A stretch of DNA of 64,000 nt from an uncultured bacterium. GTDB taxonomy: Bacteria; Edwardsbacteria; AC1; EtOH8. The translations under genes and the position numbers were made by a program. The notes beneath the pieces are model-generated. The model was not told where the DNA came from and made no database searches. It worked only from the letters and a program-made list of their open reading frames with translations. The DNA lies in contig CAZFJC010000005.1 of assembly GCA_964518765.1 (NCBI GenBank), forward strand, positions 54,403-118,402, in the 5' to 3' direction. Shown here piece after piece: positions 35,772 through 45,454 of this stretch (position 1 is its first letter; each line of letters starts with the position of its first letter).

Positions 35772-36329
35772 CTATACCTCCATGATCTCTTTTTCTTTCT
35801 TGGCCAGCACCTCGTCTATTCCCTTGATGGCCTTGTCGGTCAGCTCCTGGGTCCTCTCCAGCGCCTTCTTGGACTCGTCCTCGGAGATCTTCTTATCCTT
35901 TTCCAGCTTCTTTATTTCGTCGTTGGCCTCGCGCCTGATGTTGCGCACCGCCACCTTGTGGTCCTCGGCCATCTTCTTGACCACCTTGGAGAGCTCCCGC
36001 CGGCGCTCCTCGGTGAGGGTGGGGATGGGCAGTCGGATCACCCGGCCGTCGTTCATCGGGGTCAGCCCCAGCTCCGACTTGAGAATGGCCTTCTCGATCT
36101 CGGGCAGCATGTTCTTGTCCCAAGGCTGGATGACCAAGAGCCGCGGCTCGGGCACCGACACCCCAGCCACCTGGTTCATGGGCACCAGGGCCCCGTAGCT
36201 CTGCACTTTGATACCCTCCAGCAGGGCCGGGTTGGCCCGACCGGTGCGGATGCCGGCGAACTCGGCCTTCAGGGCCTCGGCCGCCTTGGCCATCTTCCGC
36301 TCCATCTCCTGGTACACCTGGTTCAGCAT
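35772..36329 (-). CDS. frr: ribosome recycling factor
   Basis: 185 aa, RRF family. Confidence 0.95.
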   Translation of the reverse strand: MLNQVYQEMERKMAKAAEALKAEFAGIRTGRANPALLEGIKVQSYGALVPMNQVAGVSVPEPRLLVIQPWDKNMLPEIEKAILKSELGLTPMNDGRVIRLPIPTLTEERRRELSKVVKKMAEDHKVAVRNIRREANDEIKKLEKDKKISEDESKKALERTQELTDKAIKGIDEVLAKKEKEIMEV

Positions 36330-36333
36330 CTGG

Positions 36334-37056
36334 CTACTCCTTGACGATAGTGCCCAAGGGCTCGCCCAGCACGATCCTCTTGAGCGTGCCCGGGGCGGTG
36401 AGGTCGAATACGATGATCGGCATCCGGTTCTCCATGCACAGCGAGACGGCGGTGGCGTCCATCACCCCCAGTTTCTGGGCCAGCACTTGCCCGTAGCCCA
36501 GCTCCGAGTACCTCTTGGCCGATTTGTTGACCACCGGGTCCGAGTCGTAGATGCCATCCACCTTGGTGCCCTTCAGCAGGGCCTCGGCCCCGATCTCCAC
36601 CGCCCTCAGGGCGGCGGCGGTGTCGGTTGAGAAGTAGGGGTTGCCGGTGCCGGCGGCCATGATCACCACCCGCCCCTTATCCAGGTGGCGCAGGGCCCGG
36701 CGCCTGATGTAGGGTTCGGCGAACCTGGGCATATCGGCGGCGCTCATCACCCGGGTCTGGCAATTATGCGACTCCAGCACGCTCTGCAGGGCCAGGGAAT
36801 TGATGACCGTCCCCAGCATCCCCATCTGGTCGGCGGCCACCCTGGCGATCCCCCCGTCCCCGACCTTGGCCCCGCGTATCAGGTTGCCCCCTCCCACCAC
36901 GATGCCAATGGAAAGGCCCAGCCCCTGTATCGAAAGCACTTCGTCTGCCACCGCCCTCATGGCGGAAACATCGATCCCCCGGCCGTCCGGGCCTCCCAGG
37001 GCCTCGCCCGACAGCTTGAGGAGCACGCGCTTGAATTTAGGGGCTGGGTCTGCCAT
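36334..37056 (-). CDS. pyrH: UMP kinase
   Basis: KRVLLKLSGEAL...VVGGGN; start at internal Met MADPAPKFKRVL. Confidence 0.95.
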   Translation of the reverse strand: MADPAPKFKRVLLKLSGEALGGPDGRGIDVSAMRAVADEVLSIQGLGLSIGIVVGGGNLIRGAKVGDGGIARVAADQMGMLGTVINSLALQSVLESHNCQTRVMSAADMPRFAEPYIRRRALRHLDKGRVVIMAAGTGNPYFSTDTAAALRAVEIGAEALLKGTKVDGIYDSDPVVNKSAKRYSELGYGQVLAQKLGVMDATAVSLCMENRMPIIVFDLTAPGTLKRIVLGEPLGTIVKE

Positions 37057-37109
37057 AGCTTCTCTAGCGTGAAGCTGGGCCTTTCGGCCCGGCAAAAATC
37101 GGCCGGTCT

Positions 37110-37940
37110 CTATTCTCCCAAACGGTAACGGACGAATTCGATCCGGCCCAGTTTTCCCTTATAGATCTCCCTGGCGGCCGCCTCCACCGTCTTGGCCGGG
37201 TCCTTGATGTAGGCCTGGTCCATCAGGCAGACCTCGGAGTAGAACTTCTTCATCTTGCCGGCCACGATGTTCTCCACCACTTTTTCCGGCTTGCCCGAGC
37301 CGCGCACCTGCTCCCGGTAGATATCCTTCTCCTTCTCCACCGCCTCGGCCGGGACCTGGTCTCGGCTGACATACAGCGGCGAGGCCGCCGCTACCTGCAT
37401 GGCCAGCTCCTTGGCCAGGGCACGCAGCTCCATCCCGTCGTCGCCCTCGACCCTGATAAGGACCCCCATCTTTCCGCCCAGATGGATGTAGCTTTCGATG
37501 ATCCCCTGACTGGCCGAGAGCCTGGCCCCCCGCCGGAACTTTATATTCTCGCCCAGCTTGGCGATGGCCTCCTTAATCTCGGTTTGCTTGCCCTCTGGCA
37601 GCTTGTCGGCCGCGATATCTCCTTCGGCCTGCTGCAGCGCCCAGCTGGCCAGCGAGGCGGCCAGAGCCTTGAACTGGTCGGTCTTGGCCACGAAGTCGGT
37701 CTCGCAGTTAACCTCGATGATAGCTCCGCTTTTCCTGTCGGGAGAGATGGCGGACTCGACCGCTCCGTCGCCGGTGGCCCTTCCCGCCTTCTTCTCGGCC
37801 GTGGCCACGCCTTTCTTTCTTAAGTATTCCACCGCGGCTTCGAGGCTGCCTCCGCTGGCGGCCAGGGCCTCCTTGCAGGCCATCATCCCGGCCCCGGTCT
37901 TATCCCTAAGTGCTTTTATATCCTCTACGGTGAATGACAT
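37110..37940 (-). CDS. tsf: elongation factor Ts
   Basis: UBA-like N-terminus (LRDKTGAGMMACKEAL) and EF-Ts dimerisation domain. Confidence 0.95.
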   Translation of the reverse strand: MSFTVEDIKALRDKTGAGMMACKEALAASGGSLEAAVEYLRKKGVATAEKKAGRATGDGAVESAISPDRKSGAIIEVNCETDFVAKTDQFKALAASLASWALQQAEGDIAADKLPEGKQTEIKEAIAKLGENIKFRRGARLSASQGIIESYIHLGGKMGVLIRVEGDDGMELRALAKELAMQVAAASPLYVSRDQVPAEAVEKEKDIYREQVRGSGKPEKVVENIVAGKMKKFYSEVCLMDQAYIKDPAKTVEAAAREIYKGKLGRIEFVRYRLGE

Positions 37941-38046
37941 TTTTTATTTTCTCCTATCCCGGAAAGTCAACGTTGAACTGGAAACCGCTGGCGCGGCGCA
38001 ATCCTTAGATTCCTGGATTCCTAAGCGGTCTGCCGGCGGCGATCGG

Positions 38047-39006
38047 TTATTCCTGGGGTGCCTCTTTGGCCGGAGGCCTGGAATCCGGCTTGGCGGTCTC
38101 CGGCGCCGCTGGCCTGGGCGGCCTAGACCCTGTGGTCCGCGGCCCTCTGGGTGAAGACGGCCGCTCTCCGCTGCGCCTGGGTCCCCGGTCGCCCTGGCCC
38201 CTTCTGGGCTCTCCACGTCCTCCAGCCGAACGCGGCTTATGGTCGGTAAGATGGCGTACCGTGCGGCCCGGGGTGCCCTCACCACCCGCCTGCTGGGCCT
38301 GCTGGGCGGCCTCCTGCTCCTTCTGGTACTTGGCCCGCCCCTCGAGCACTGCCTCGGTCACCAGGTAGGTGATCAGCTTTATGGAGCGCAGGGCGTCGTC
38401 GTTGGCCGGGATGGGGAAGTTGATCGGATCGGGATCGATGTTGGTATCCACCATAGCCACCACCGGGATATCCAGCTTCCGGGCCTCGTCGATAGCCAGC
38501 TTCTCCTTCTTGCAATCCACCACGAAGATCATGGCCGGCAGCCGGTACATGTTTTTCACCCCGCGCAGCACCTTGTCCATTCTGAGCCGTTCGTGCTCCA
38601 GCCGCAGGGCCTCCTTCTTGGTGTATCCTTGGTAGCCGCCCTCGGCCATCTTCTCCAAGTCTTTGAGGCGTCGCACGCTCTTCTGAATGGTGGCGAAGTT
38701 GGTCAGCATCCCGCCCAGCCAGCGCTCGTTGACGTGGTGCATGCCGCAGCGGTCGGCCTCCTCTTTTATCAGGTCGGCGGCCTGGCGCTTGGTGCCGACG
38801 AAGAGGAATTCCCCGCCTTCCTCGGCGGTGCGGCGCACCTGGGCCAGCGCTGTGTCCAGGCACTTCATGGTTTTGTGCAGGTCGATGATGTGGATGCCCT
38901 CGCGCTCGTCGAAGATGTACTTCTTCATCTTCGGATTCCAGCGCGGCGCCTGGTGGCCAAAGTGGACCCCGGCCTCCAGCAGATCCTTGATGGTGTAGGT
39001 TACCAA
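38047..39006 (-). CDS. rpsB: 30S ribosomal protein S2 with a ~90-aa Pro/Arg/Gly-rich C-terminal extension
   Basis: Conserved S2 core ([10 protein letters not shown]...) followed by [10 protein letters not shown]...[53 protein letters not shown]. Confidence 0.95.
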   Translation of the reverse strand: MVTYTIKDLLEAGVHFGHQAPRWNPKMKKYIFDEREGIHIIDLHKTMKCLDTALAQVRRTAEEGGEFLFVGTKRQAADLIKEEADRCGMHHVNERWLGGMLTNFATIQKSVRRLKDLEKMAEGGYQGYTKKEALRLEHERLRMDKVLRGVKNMYRLPAMIFVVDCKKEKLAIDEARKLDIPVVAMVDTNIDPDPINFPIPANDDALRSIKLITYLVTEAVLEGRAKYQKEQEAAQQAQQAGGEGTPGRTVRHLTDHKPRSAGGRGEPRRGQGDRGPRRSGERPSSPRGPRTTGSRPPRPAAPETAKPDSRPPAKEAPQE

Positions 39007-39253
39007 GTGACCGAACCTCCTAAGTTAAGCTGGTTTTCCCCGGCCTGCCAGAAGCTTCCTGGGCCGAGGCCTCCGCCCCCCAGCCGCCGGGATCCCTTCT
39101 CCGGGGACACCGCCGTCGGCATTTTGACAGGGCGTGTGGAATATGGTTGGTTTATTTTCCCTGATCCTTATTGCCCAAAACTCGCCGGCTGCCTAGATTT
39201 GCGGGATTTGGCATCGGGATCTTTGGTCTTCGGCCTTTAGCCAAAGATGGATT

Positions 39254-39646
39254 TTAACGCTTGGAGAACTGGAACCGCTTGCGGGCCTTTTTCTGGCCGT
39301 ACTTCTTTCGCTCCTTCTCCCTGGGATCGCGGGTCAGCAAGCCGGCCGACTTCAGCGGCGGCCTAACCCCTTCCTGGGCCAACAGCAGCGCCCGGGAGAT
39401 GCCCAGCTTGAGCGCCCCGGCCTGGCCGGCGATGCCCCCGCCGTCAACCTTGGCCCAGACGTCGTACTTGCCCAGCCCGCCCACCAGCTCCAGGGGCTGC
39501 TTGACCAGCATCACCAGGGTCGGCCGGCAGAAGTAATCCTCGCAGGTCCGGTTGTTGACGGTGAATTTGCCATCGCCCGGGCTCAGGCGCACCTGGGCTA
39601 CCGATGATTTCCGCTTGCCCGTGGCCTTGAAAACCTCTTGGGTCAT
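39254..39646 (-). CDS. rpsI: 30S ribosomal protein S9
   Basis: 130 aa ending ...KKYGQKKARKRFQFSKR. Confidence 0.95.
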   Translation of the reverse strand: MTQEVFKATGKRKSSVAQVRLSPGDGKFTVNNRTCEDYFCRPTLVMLVKQPLELVGGLGKYDVWAKVDGGGIAGQAGALKLGISRALLLAQEGVRPPLKSAGLLTRDPREKERKKYGQKKARKRFQFSKR

Positions 39647-39694
39647 TCCTTCTCCTCGTATCCTTGAGAGTGGTTGAATTGCTGACGGCCCGAC

Positions 39695-40123
39695 CTATAT
39701 CTCCAGGACCTTGGGCCCCTGGGCGGCGTGGGGGTGCTCCGGCCCAGCGTAGACATGCATCTTGCGGATCATCAGACGCCCCAGGTTGGTCTTGGGCAGC
39801 ATCCCCTTGACCGTCATCCGCAAAGCCTGGGACGGCCGCGAGGCCAGCAGCTTGCCGTAGTCGATGGTCCTCAAGCCGCTCTGGTGTCCGCTGTGGCGAT
39901 AGACCCTCTTGGACTCGGCCTTGCGTCCGGTGAGCTTAATCTCCCTGGCGTTCACTATAACCACATGGTCCCCGCAGTCGACGTGCGGGGTGTACTGCGG
40001 CTTGCCCTTTCCCTGCAGCAGCCAGGCCACTCTGGTGGCCAGACGGCCCAGCGGCTTGCCCTTGGCGTCCACCAGGTGCCAGCGATGTTTGATGTCGCCC
40101 TTCTTGGCAACGTAGCTCCTCAT
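39695..40123 (-). CDS. rplM: 50S ribosomal protein L13
   Basis: 142 aa, L13 family (YTPHVDCGDHVVIVNA). Confidence 0.95.
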   Translation of the reverse strand: MRSYVAKKGDIKHRWHLVDAKGKPLGRLATRVAWLLQGKGKPQYTPHVDCGDHVVIVNAREIKLTGRKAESKRVYRHSGHQSGLRTIDYGKLLASRPSQALRMTVKGMLPKTNLGRLMIRKMHVYAGPEHPHAAQGPKVLEI

Positions 40124-40142
40124 CTTCCCTCCGAAATGCGAC

Positions 40143-40170
40143 TAAAAAGCCCTCAAACCTCTTGAGGGCT
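40143..40170 (-). terminator. intrinsic terminator downstream of mnmA
   Basis: On the minus strand AGCCCTCAA-gaggt-TTGAGGGCT followed by TTTTT. Confidence 0.55.
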
Positions 40171-40220
40171 TGTTGAAAACCCAGAAGTGACGTAAGTATA
40201 ACCCAAAAAATAATTTCCTG

Positions 40221-41318
40221 TCAAGAGGCTGGGAGATTTTTCTGCTGGGTCCCGATGACCCCTCCCCCCAGCACCAGGTCGCCTTGGTAGAACACGGCCG
40301 ACTGGCCCGGTGTCACCGCCCTTTGGGGCGTGTCGAAGCTGACCTCGGCCCTATTTATAGATAGCGCTATGACCGTAGCCGGGGCGGCGGTGTGGCGGTG
40401 GCGTATCCTGACCCGACAGCGGACGGGCCTCATCGGCTTGGACAGGATCCAGTTGACCCCGCCGACCAGACATCCGGCCGCCCTCAGCTTATGGTCATCG
40501 CCGACCACTATCCGGTTGCGCTTGGTGTCGATCCCCAGAACGTATAGCGGATAGCCCGCCGCGATCCCCAATCCCTCCCGCTGGCCTATGGTGTAGTTGG
40601 CGATGCCCCGGTGCCGGCCCAGTACTTTACCTTCTTCATCCACTATGTCGCCCGATTCCAATGGGAAATGACCCTTGAGGAACTCGACGTACGATCCTTT
40701 GACGAAGCATATCTCCTGGCTCTCCGGGCGGCCGGCCGCCGTCAGCCCATACGCTTTAGCCTTATCCCTAACGCGGTCCTTCGTCATGCTGCCCAGGGGG
40801 AAGATGACATGGCCGAGCTGGCGTTCGCCCAGCGGCCAAAGGAAATACGACTGGTCTTTGCCCTTATCCGCCCCCATGGCCAAAGCTGGACGACCTTTTC
40901 TGCTTACTATCTTGGCATAGTGTCCGGTGGCTAGCCCGGTACATCCCAACGTCAGGGCCTTGTCCAACAGGGCGCCGAACTTGACGTGCCGGTTGCACTC
41001 CACGCAGGGATTGGGCGTCCGGCCCTTTTGATACTCGGAGACGAAGTAGTCGACGACCTTCTCCTGGAAAACCCGGCGGCAATCTACCACATAATGTTGG
41101 ATGCCCAGCCTGTCGGCCGCCTGCCGGGCCGAATCCACCGGGTCCAGCTGGCAGCGGCTCCGGTCGCAGCCCGCCCCGGATTGGTCGAAAAGCCGCATGG
41201 TCAGACCGATCACCCGGAAGCCCTTCTCCACCAGCAGGGCCGCCGCCAGGCTGCTGTCCACCCCGCCGCTCATGGCCACAGCGACGGTATGAATATTTCT
41301 TCTTGTTCCGATGGTCAT
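40221..41318 (-). CDS. mnmA: tRNA 2-thiouridine(34) synthase
   Basis: PP-loop AMSGGVDSS, catalytic Cys, MnmA C-terminal domains. Confidence 0.9.
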   Translation of the reverse strand: MTIGTRRNIHTVAVAMSGGVDSSLAAALLVEKGFRVIGLTMRLFDQSGAGCDRSRCQLDPVDSARQAADRLGIQHYVVDCRRVFQEKVVDYFVSEYQKGRTPNPCVECNRHVKFGALLDKALTLGCTGLATGHYAKIVSRKGRPALAMGADKGKDQSYFLWPLGERQLGHVIFPLGSMTKDRVRDKAKAYGLTAAGRPESQEICFVKGSYVEFLKGHFPLESGDIVDEEGKVLGRHRGIANYTIGQREGLGIAAGYPLYVLGIDTKRNRIVVGDDHKLRAAGCLVGGVNWILSKPMRPVRCRVRIRHRHTAAPATVIALSINRAEVSFDTPQRAVTPGQSAVFYQGDLVLGGGVIGTQQKNLPAS

Positions 41319-41455
41319 GACGACTTCTGGCGATATGGGTCAGGTCCGGCGATATAAAATCAGCCGGATCTCAATACGGCCGCACTTGGAGTAGAGCCGG
41401 AAGCCGTTTCCTATCGAGAAGGCGGCCACTCGGCCACCGGAGGTTTCCCCGGCCG

Positions 41456-41878
41456 CTACTCCAGCGGCACCTCATAGACGAAAATATCCTCGAGCTTCCG
41501 GTGGTCATTGAAGCACAGATGCAGTTTGCGGCCAGCCATGATCCGGTCGCGACGGTAGCGGTTGAAGTACACCAGGTGCAGGCCACCCGATCCGTCACCG
41601 AAGACGCCCGCCAGCCGCCAGCCCTCGCCTGCCTCCCGCGCCGAAAACTGGCAGGCCGAGGCCAGCGAGTCCAACACCACCGGCCTTCTGGCGAGAAGGC
41701 GCTCCACCTCGGCCGCCAGCAGGCTGTCGCCGCCACTGGGCTCAAGGTAATTGAGGGCAACCCTGGGCCGTTGGCATTTGACCTCGCCCCGAAATTGGCT
41801 CAGGAGGTCGAACCCTTTCTCCCTTCGGCAGCCGGCCAGCATCAGGCAGGCCAGAAATATCGGCCAGGTCCGTCTCAC
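41456..41878 (-). CDS. hypothetical small lipoprotein
   Basis: GTG start overlapping the HIT stop as GTGA. Signal peptide with lipobox (RRTWPIFLACLMLAGC). Confidence 0.45.
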   Translation of the reverse strand: MRRTWPIFLACLMLAGCRREKGFDLLSQFRGEVKCQRPRVALNYLEPSGGDSLLAAEVERLLARRPVVLDSLASACQFSAREAGEGWRLAGVFGDGSGGLHLVYFNRYRRDRIMAGRKLHLCFNDHRKLEDIFVYEVPLE

Positions 41879-42366
41879 TTTACCCCCAGCTCTTTCCTGA
41901 GCCTCCGGTAGGTCCGCCCCAGCCCCTCGGAGATGACCTTGGTCCCGGCCAGCACCGGCATGAAGTTGGTGTCCCCGTTCCACCGCGGCACCAGATGGAG
42001 ATGTATATGGTCGACGATGCCGGCCCCGGCGGTCCTCCCCAGGTTGAAGCCCAGGTTGAAGCCGTCCGGCCGCATGGTGGCGGCAATGGCCCGCTGGCAT
42101 TTTCTGGCCAAGTCCATCATTTCGAGCAATTCCGAGTCTCTTAGCTTCTCGAGTTCTCCTACATGCCTATAGGGAGCGACCATCAGGTGCCCGTTGTTGT
42201 AGGGGAAGAGGTTCATGATGACGAAGGTCTCCTTCCCCCGAAGCACGATTAGGTTCTTCGCATCCTGCTTCTGCCTGGGCTTGAGGCAGAAGATGCAGCC
42301 CTTTTCCTTCTCCTGCGATTCGCCCGTTATGTAGGCCATGCGCCAAGGCGCCCAGAGACGTTTCAT
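41875..42366 (-). CDS. HIT-family hydrolase
   Basis: Histidine-triad motif HIHLHLVPR; start at MKRLWAPWRM. Confidence 0.85.
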   Translation of the reverse strand: MKRLWAPWRMAYITGESQEKEKGCIFCLKPRQKQDAKNLIVLRGKETFVIMNLFPYNNGHLMVAPYRHVGELEKLRDSELLEMMDLARKCQRAIAATMRPDGFNLGFNLGRTAGAGIVDHIHLHLVPRWNGDTNFMPVLAGTKVISEGLGRTYRRLRKELGVK

Positions 42367-42388
42367 TCGTTCTTCCAATACAGGTTTT

Positions 42389-43633
42389 TCAGAACAGCTC
42401 CATCTGCTCCTTCTTGCCGGCCGTAGGTTTCTTCGCCTTGGGCTCGAAGAGCTCGATCCTCCCGTACTCCCCGTCGTAGCCCGGCTCCACATGCACCTGT
42501 CCCCGGCGCACCGCGGCTATCCCCTGGGCCACCTTCTCCTCGGCCACCTCCAGGATCTCGGACTCGTTGGCGTCCATCAGCACCGTGAACTCGTTGCCGA
42601 ATCGGGCCACCAGTTGTCGGTATTCGTAGTTGACGGACTGGGTTCCCACCCCCACCCCCAGAGCGGCGGCGATGATCTCCTCCAACGGCACCAGGCTGAC
42701 GTAGTCGATGGCGTTCTCCGGCCGCTCCCCGGCCCTCCGGTCGGCCAGATCCTCCACCCGGTGCAGCACCCCCGGGGAAAGCTTCCTACCGCACTGGGGG
42801 CACTTGTTGCCGTGCTGGATGGCCTCCTTCGGGGTCAGCCTTTTTCCGCAGGCCCGGTGTCCGTCGTAGTGGTACTTTCCCTCCTCGGGGAAGAACTCGA
42901 TGGTGGCCCTGAGCCTTCTGGGGTCCTTATCCTTCAGGGCTTCCCGGATCTCGGAATAGTCCAACTTGCAGTCGAAGATGACGGCCTCTCTCCCCAATTT
43001 TGACGGGCTGTGGGCATCTGAGCAGGAGATAAGGGAGTAGCGGTCCAGGGCGGAGAGCCGCCAGTTCATGGGCGGGTCGGACGAGAGGCCGGTCTCCAGG
43101 GCGAAGATCCGGTCGGTGTACTCCTCGTAGCAGTCCTCTATTTTGTCAAAGCCGGAGCTGGATCCGAAGACCGAGAAGTGGGGGGTCCAGACGTGGGCCG
43201 GTATCAGCATGCATTCCTCGGAGACGCCGAAGACGATCTCGGCCAGGCGCGAGGCGTAGATGGGCAGTATCGGCCGGCCGTCGATGGAGAGGTCCCCGAA
43301 TTTCTTAAGCCGGGCCGAGACCTCGGCCGCCGCCTCCAGGGACGGGGCGGCGATGACGTGATGCACCTTACGGCTGCGGCCGTTTTTGGTGAAGATGGTG
43401 TTGACCTCGGCCGTGGGCATGAAGTGCACCCCCTTGTAGCGGTAGAGTCCACGGCCGTTGGGCTCCAGCTTGAAGCGCAGCTCCTTGAACCACTGGGGGT
43501 GGGTGAAGTCCCCGGTGCCCAAAAGCTCCAGGCCCTTGATCCTGGCCCACTCGGTAATATGCTCCAGGTCCATCTCCGGGCTGGTGGCCCTGGAGTATTT
43601 GGAGTGGATGTGGAGGTCGGCGATGAAGCGCAT
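42389..43633 (-). CDS. PHP-domain protein of the TIGR00375 / endonuclease Q-like family
   Basis: N-terminal PHP motif (ADLHIHSKYSRATS), central region and a C-terminal CPQCGRK zinc-finger-like motif; 414 aa. Confidence 0.65.
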   Translation of the reverse strand: MRFIADLHIHSKYSRATSPEMDLEHITEWARIKGLELLGTGDFTHPQWFKELRFKLEPNGRGLYRYKGVHFMPTAEVNTIFTKNGRSRKVHHVIAAPSLEAAAEVSARLKKFGDLSIDGRPILPIYASRLAEIVFGVSEECMLIPAHVWTPHFSVFGSSSGFDKIEDCYEEYTDRIFALETGLSSDPPMNWRLSALDRYSLISCSDAHSPSKLGREAVIFDCKLDYSEIREALKDKDPRRLRATIEFFPEEGKYHYDGHRACGKRLTPKEAIQHGNKCPQCGRKLSPGVLHRVEDLADRRAGERPENAIDYVSLVPLEEIIAAALGVGVGTQSVNYEYRQLVARFGNEFTVLMDANESEILEVAEEKVAQGIAAVRRGQVHVEPGYDGEYGRIELFEPKAKKPTAGKKEQMELF

Positions 43634-43634
43634 C

Positions 43635-44387
43635 TCAGGCCTTGGCGATTATCATGGCTCTATCGGTTTCTGTGTCGGGTGGCTCAACGGTCCCATGTTT
43701 GAATATCCGGATTTCCCCGAACCCGGCATCGTTAAGATATGCTTCGATTTCAGTCATCTCGTACCCCCGCTCCACGTGGACCTCGCGCAGCTTCCGGTAG
43801 CCGCCGTTGCCGTCGGGGCTGAATACCGTCAGCTCCATCCGGGCGGTGCGGTCGCAGGGGCGGTAGGAGCTGCGCCAGATGGAGTGGACCTCGCCGTCCT
43901 GGCGGACCTTAGTGCCGTTGCCCCAGTTTTTCGACAGGGCGTGGATGGTGTTCATGTCGAACAGAAACATCCCTCCGGGCTGGAGAGTCTTCCTGACGCA
44001 GGCGAAGCAATCCAGCAGCTCCTTTTCTCTGGCCAGATAGTTGACGCTGTCGAACAGGCAGATGGCCGCGTCGACCGGTTCATCCAATTCGAACCGCCTC
44101 ATGTCCCCCAGCCGCCAGTCGATCTTGGCCCTTTTCGCCTCGGCCTTGGCCCGGGCGAACGCCAGCATCTCGTCCGATATGTCAAGGCCGGTCAGGCTGA
44201 ACCCGGTCTCAGCCAGGAGCAGGGCGGCCGTGCCGGTGCCGCAGGCCAGGTCCAGCACCCGGGCTGGGGGAACGATCCTATGTTTGGATAGTATGGACTC
44301 AACGTAGGCGGCCCAGGCCGGGTAGTCCACCTCCCCCATCAGGGTGTCGTAGACGGGGGCGATCTGGGAGTAGGGAGTTGGCTCCAT
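43635..44387 (-). CDS. class I SAM-dependent methyltransferase
   Basis: VLDLACGTGTAALLL (motif I), small-molecule MTase fold; adjacent to the PHP gene with 1-nt spacing. Confidence 0.8.
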   Translation of the reverse strand: MEPTPYSQIAPVYDTLMGEVDYPAWAAYVESILSKHRIVPPARVLDLACGTGTAALLLAETGFSLTGLDISDEMLAFARAKAEAKRAKIDWRLGDMRRFELDEPVDAAICLFDSVNYLAREKELLDCFACVRKTLQPGGMFLFDMNTIHALSKNWGNGTKVRQDGEVHSIWRSSYRPCDRTARMELTVFSPDGNGGYRKLREVHVERGYEMTEIEAYLNDAGFGEIRIFKHGTVEPPDTETDRAMIIAKA

Positions 44388-44465
44388 AGCGGAACGCCTT
44401 CTAGAGGCCCAATCCTAATCCCTTCCCCGCTGGGGAAGGGGAGAGAGGGGTTTGGTCCCCAGTCT

Positions 44466-45038
44466 TTAGCATCCCCGGCCCAGCTCGAAGGCCTTCCTGT
44501 TCATCTCCACCGTCTTGGGCGGAACCCGCCTGGTGATAACCTCAAGCCACTTGTCGGTCGGAAGCTCCAGCCTTTTGGAGAGCGCCCCCAAAAGCACCAT
44601 GTTGATGGTCTTGGGACTGCCCGCCTGCTCCGATAGCCTCAGACCGTCGCAGAGCACCGTGCCCGGGACCTGGGATTTGATGCGGTCGATGATGTCTTGC
44701 GGGTACTCGGCCTTGCCGGTGGCCACCGTCATCGGCATCACCTGCTGTCGGTTGATTATTACGGCGCCGTCCCTCTTCAGGAAGTCCAGGTAGCGGGCGG
44801 TCTCCATCTCCTCGAAGGAGAGGACGACGTCGGCCTCGCCCTGGCGGATCAGCGGCGAATGGACCCTGTCCCCGTAACGCACGTGGCTGACCACGCTGCC
44901 GCCCCGCTGGGCCATGCCGTGGACTTCTGATTTCTTGGCGTCGAATCCGCAGGCCATGGCCGTCTCGGCGATGATGTCCCCGGCCAAGAGCACCCCCTGA
45001 CCCCCGACGCCGCAGATGACTATGTTTACGGTTTTCAC
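44466..45038 (-). CDS. iorB: indolepyruvate:ferredoxin oxidoreductase beta subunit
   Basis: GTG start (VKTVNIVICGVGGQGVL) with AGGAG RBS 7 nt upstream. Confidence 0.85.
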   Translation of the reverse strand: MKTVNIVICGVGGQGVLLAGDIIAETAMACGFDAKKSEVHGMAQRGGSVVSHVRYGDRVHSPLIRQGEADVVLSFEEMETARYLDFLKRDGAVIINRQQVMPMTVATGKAEYPQDIIDRIKSQVPGTVLCDGLRLSEQAGSPKTINMVLLGALSKRLELPTDKWLEVITRRVPPKTVEMNRKAFELGRGC

Positions 45039-45091
45039 TTGTCGGCTCCTTGTTCGTGGCAACATATTAACGTTGGACGTTTGACGTAACG
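45039..45091. repeat. ACGT-periodic AT-rich element 3' of the 4HB gene; direct repeat of 45455..45491
   Basis: Plus strand ATTAACGTTGGACGTTTGACGTAACGCTATGACCGTTTTC versus the upstream copy ATTCAACGTTACTACGCCTAACGTTACTACGTTCACCGTTTC. Confidence 0.5.
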
Positions 45092-45454
45092 CTATGACCG
45101 TTTTCTCAAGCTTTGTTGCAGCCCCTTCAGCATCACGCTGATCTCGATCGCTTCCTGTTGATTGCACCGGTATTCTTCGGATCCCAGGAAACCGATTTCT
45201 TTCGCTATATCTAATCCTGCCATTACCTCGAAAGTTGAACGCTGAGCGATGTCTAGGAACCTTATAAACTCCTTGGTCGATCTGCTTCCCGCTCCCTCCG
45301 CGATATTCAAAACGATGGAGTAGGCCGCCCGGCGCAACTGTGAGGTTAATCCCAGAACTTCGCTTTTCGGAAACTTGGCAGTCAATTCATAAATAGTCTT
45401 CGTATAAGCGACCGCCTTCTGATAAACTCGAAGGTCCCTGAACTTGTTCATCAC
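45092..45454 (-). CDS. four-helix-bundle protein (TIGR02436, 23S rRNA intervening-sequence protein family)
   Basis: 120 aa (KFRDLRVYQKAVAYTKTIYELTAKFPKSEVLGLTSQLRRAAYSIVLNIAEG...). Inserted between iorA and iorB. Confidence 0.8.
   Translation of the reverse strand: MMNKFRDLRVYQKAVAYTKTIYELTAKFPKSEVLGLTSQLRRAAYSIVLNIAEGAGSRSTKEFIRFLDIAQRSTFEVMAGLDIAKEIGFLGSEEYRCNQQEAIEISVMLKGLQQSLRKRS

Noticed and set aside
41371-41760. Alternative-frame ORF 41371..41760 downstream of the HIT gene
   Set aside because: Its product is compositionally biased. The overlapping frame of ORF 41456..42100 contains a clean lipoprotein signal peptide and a GTGA-coupled start, so that frame was preferred.
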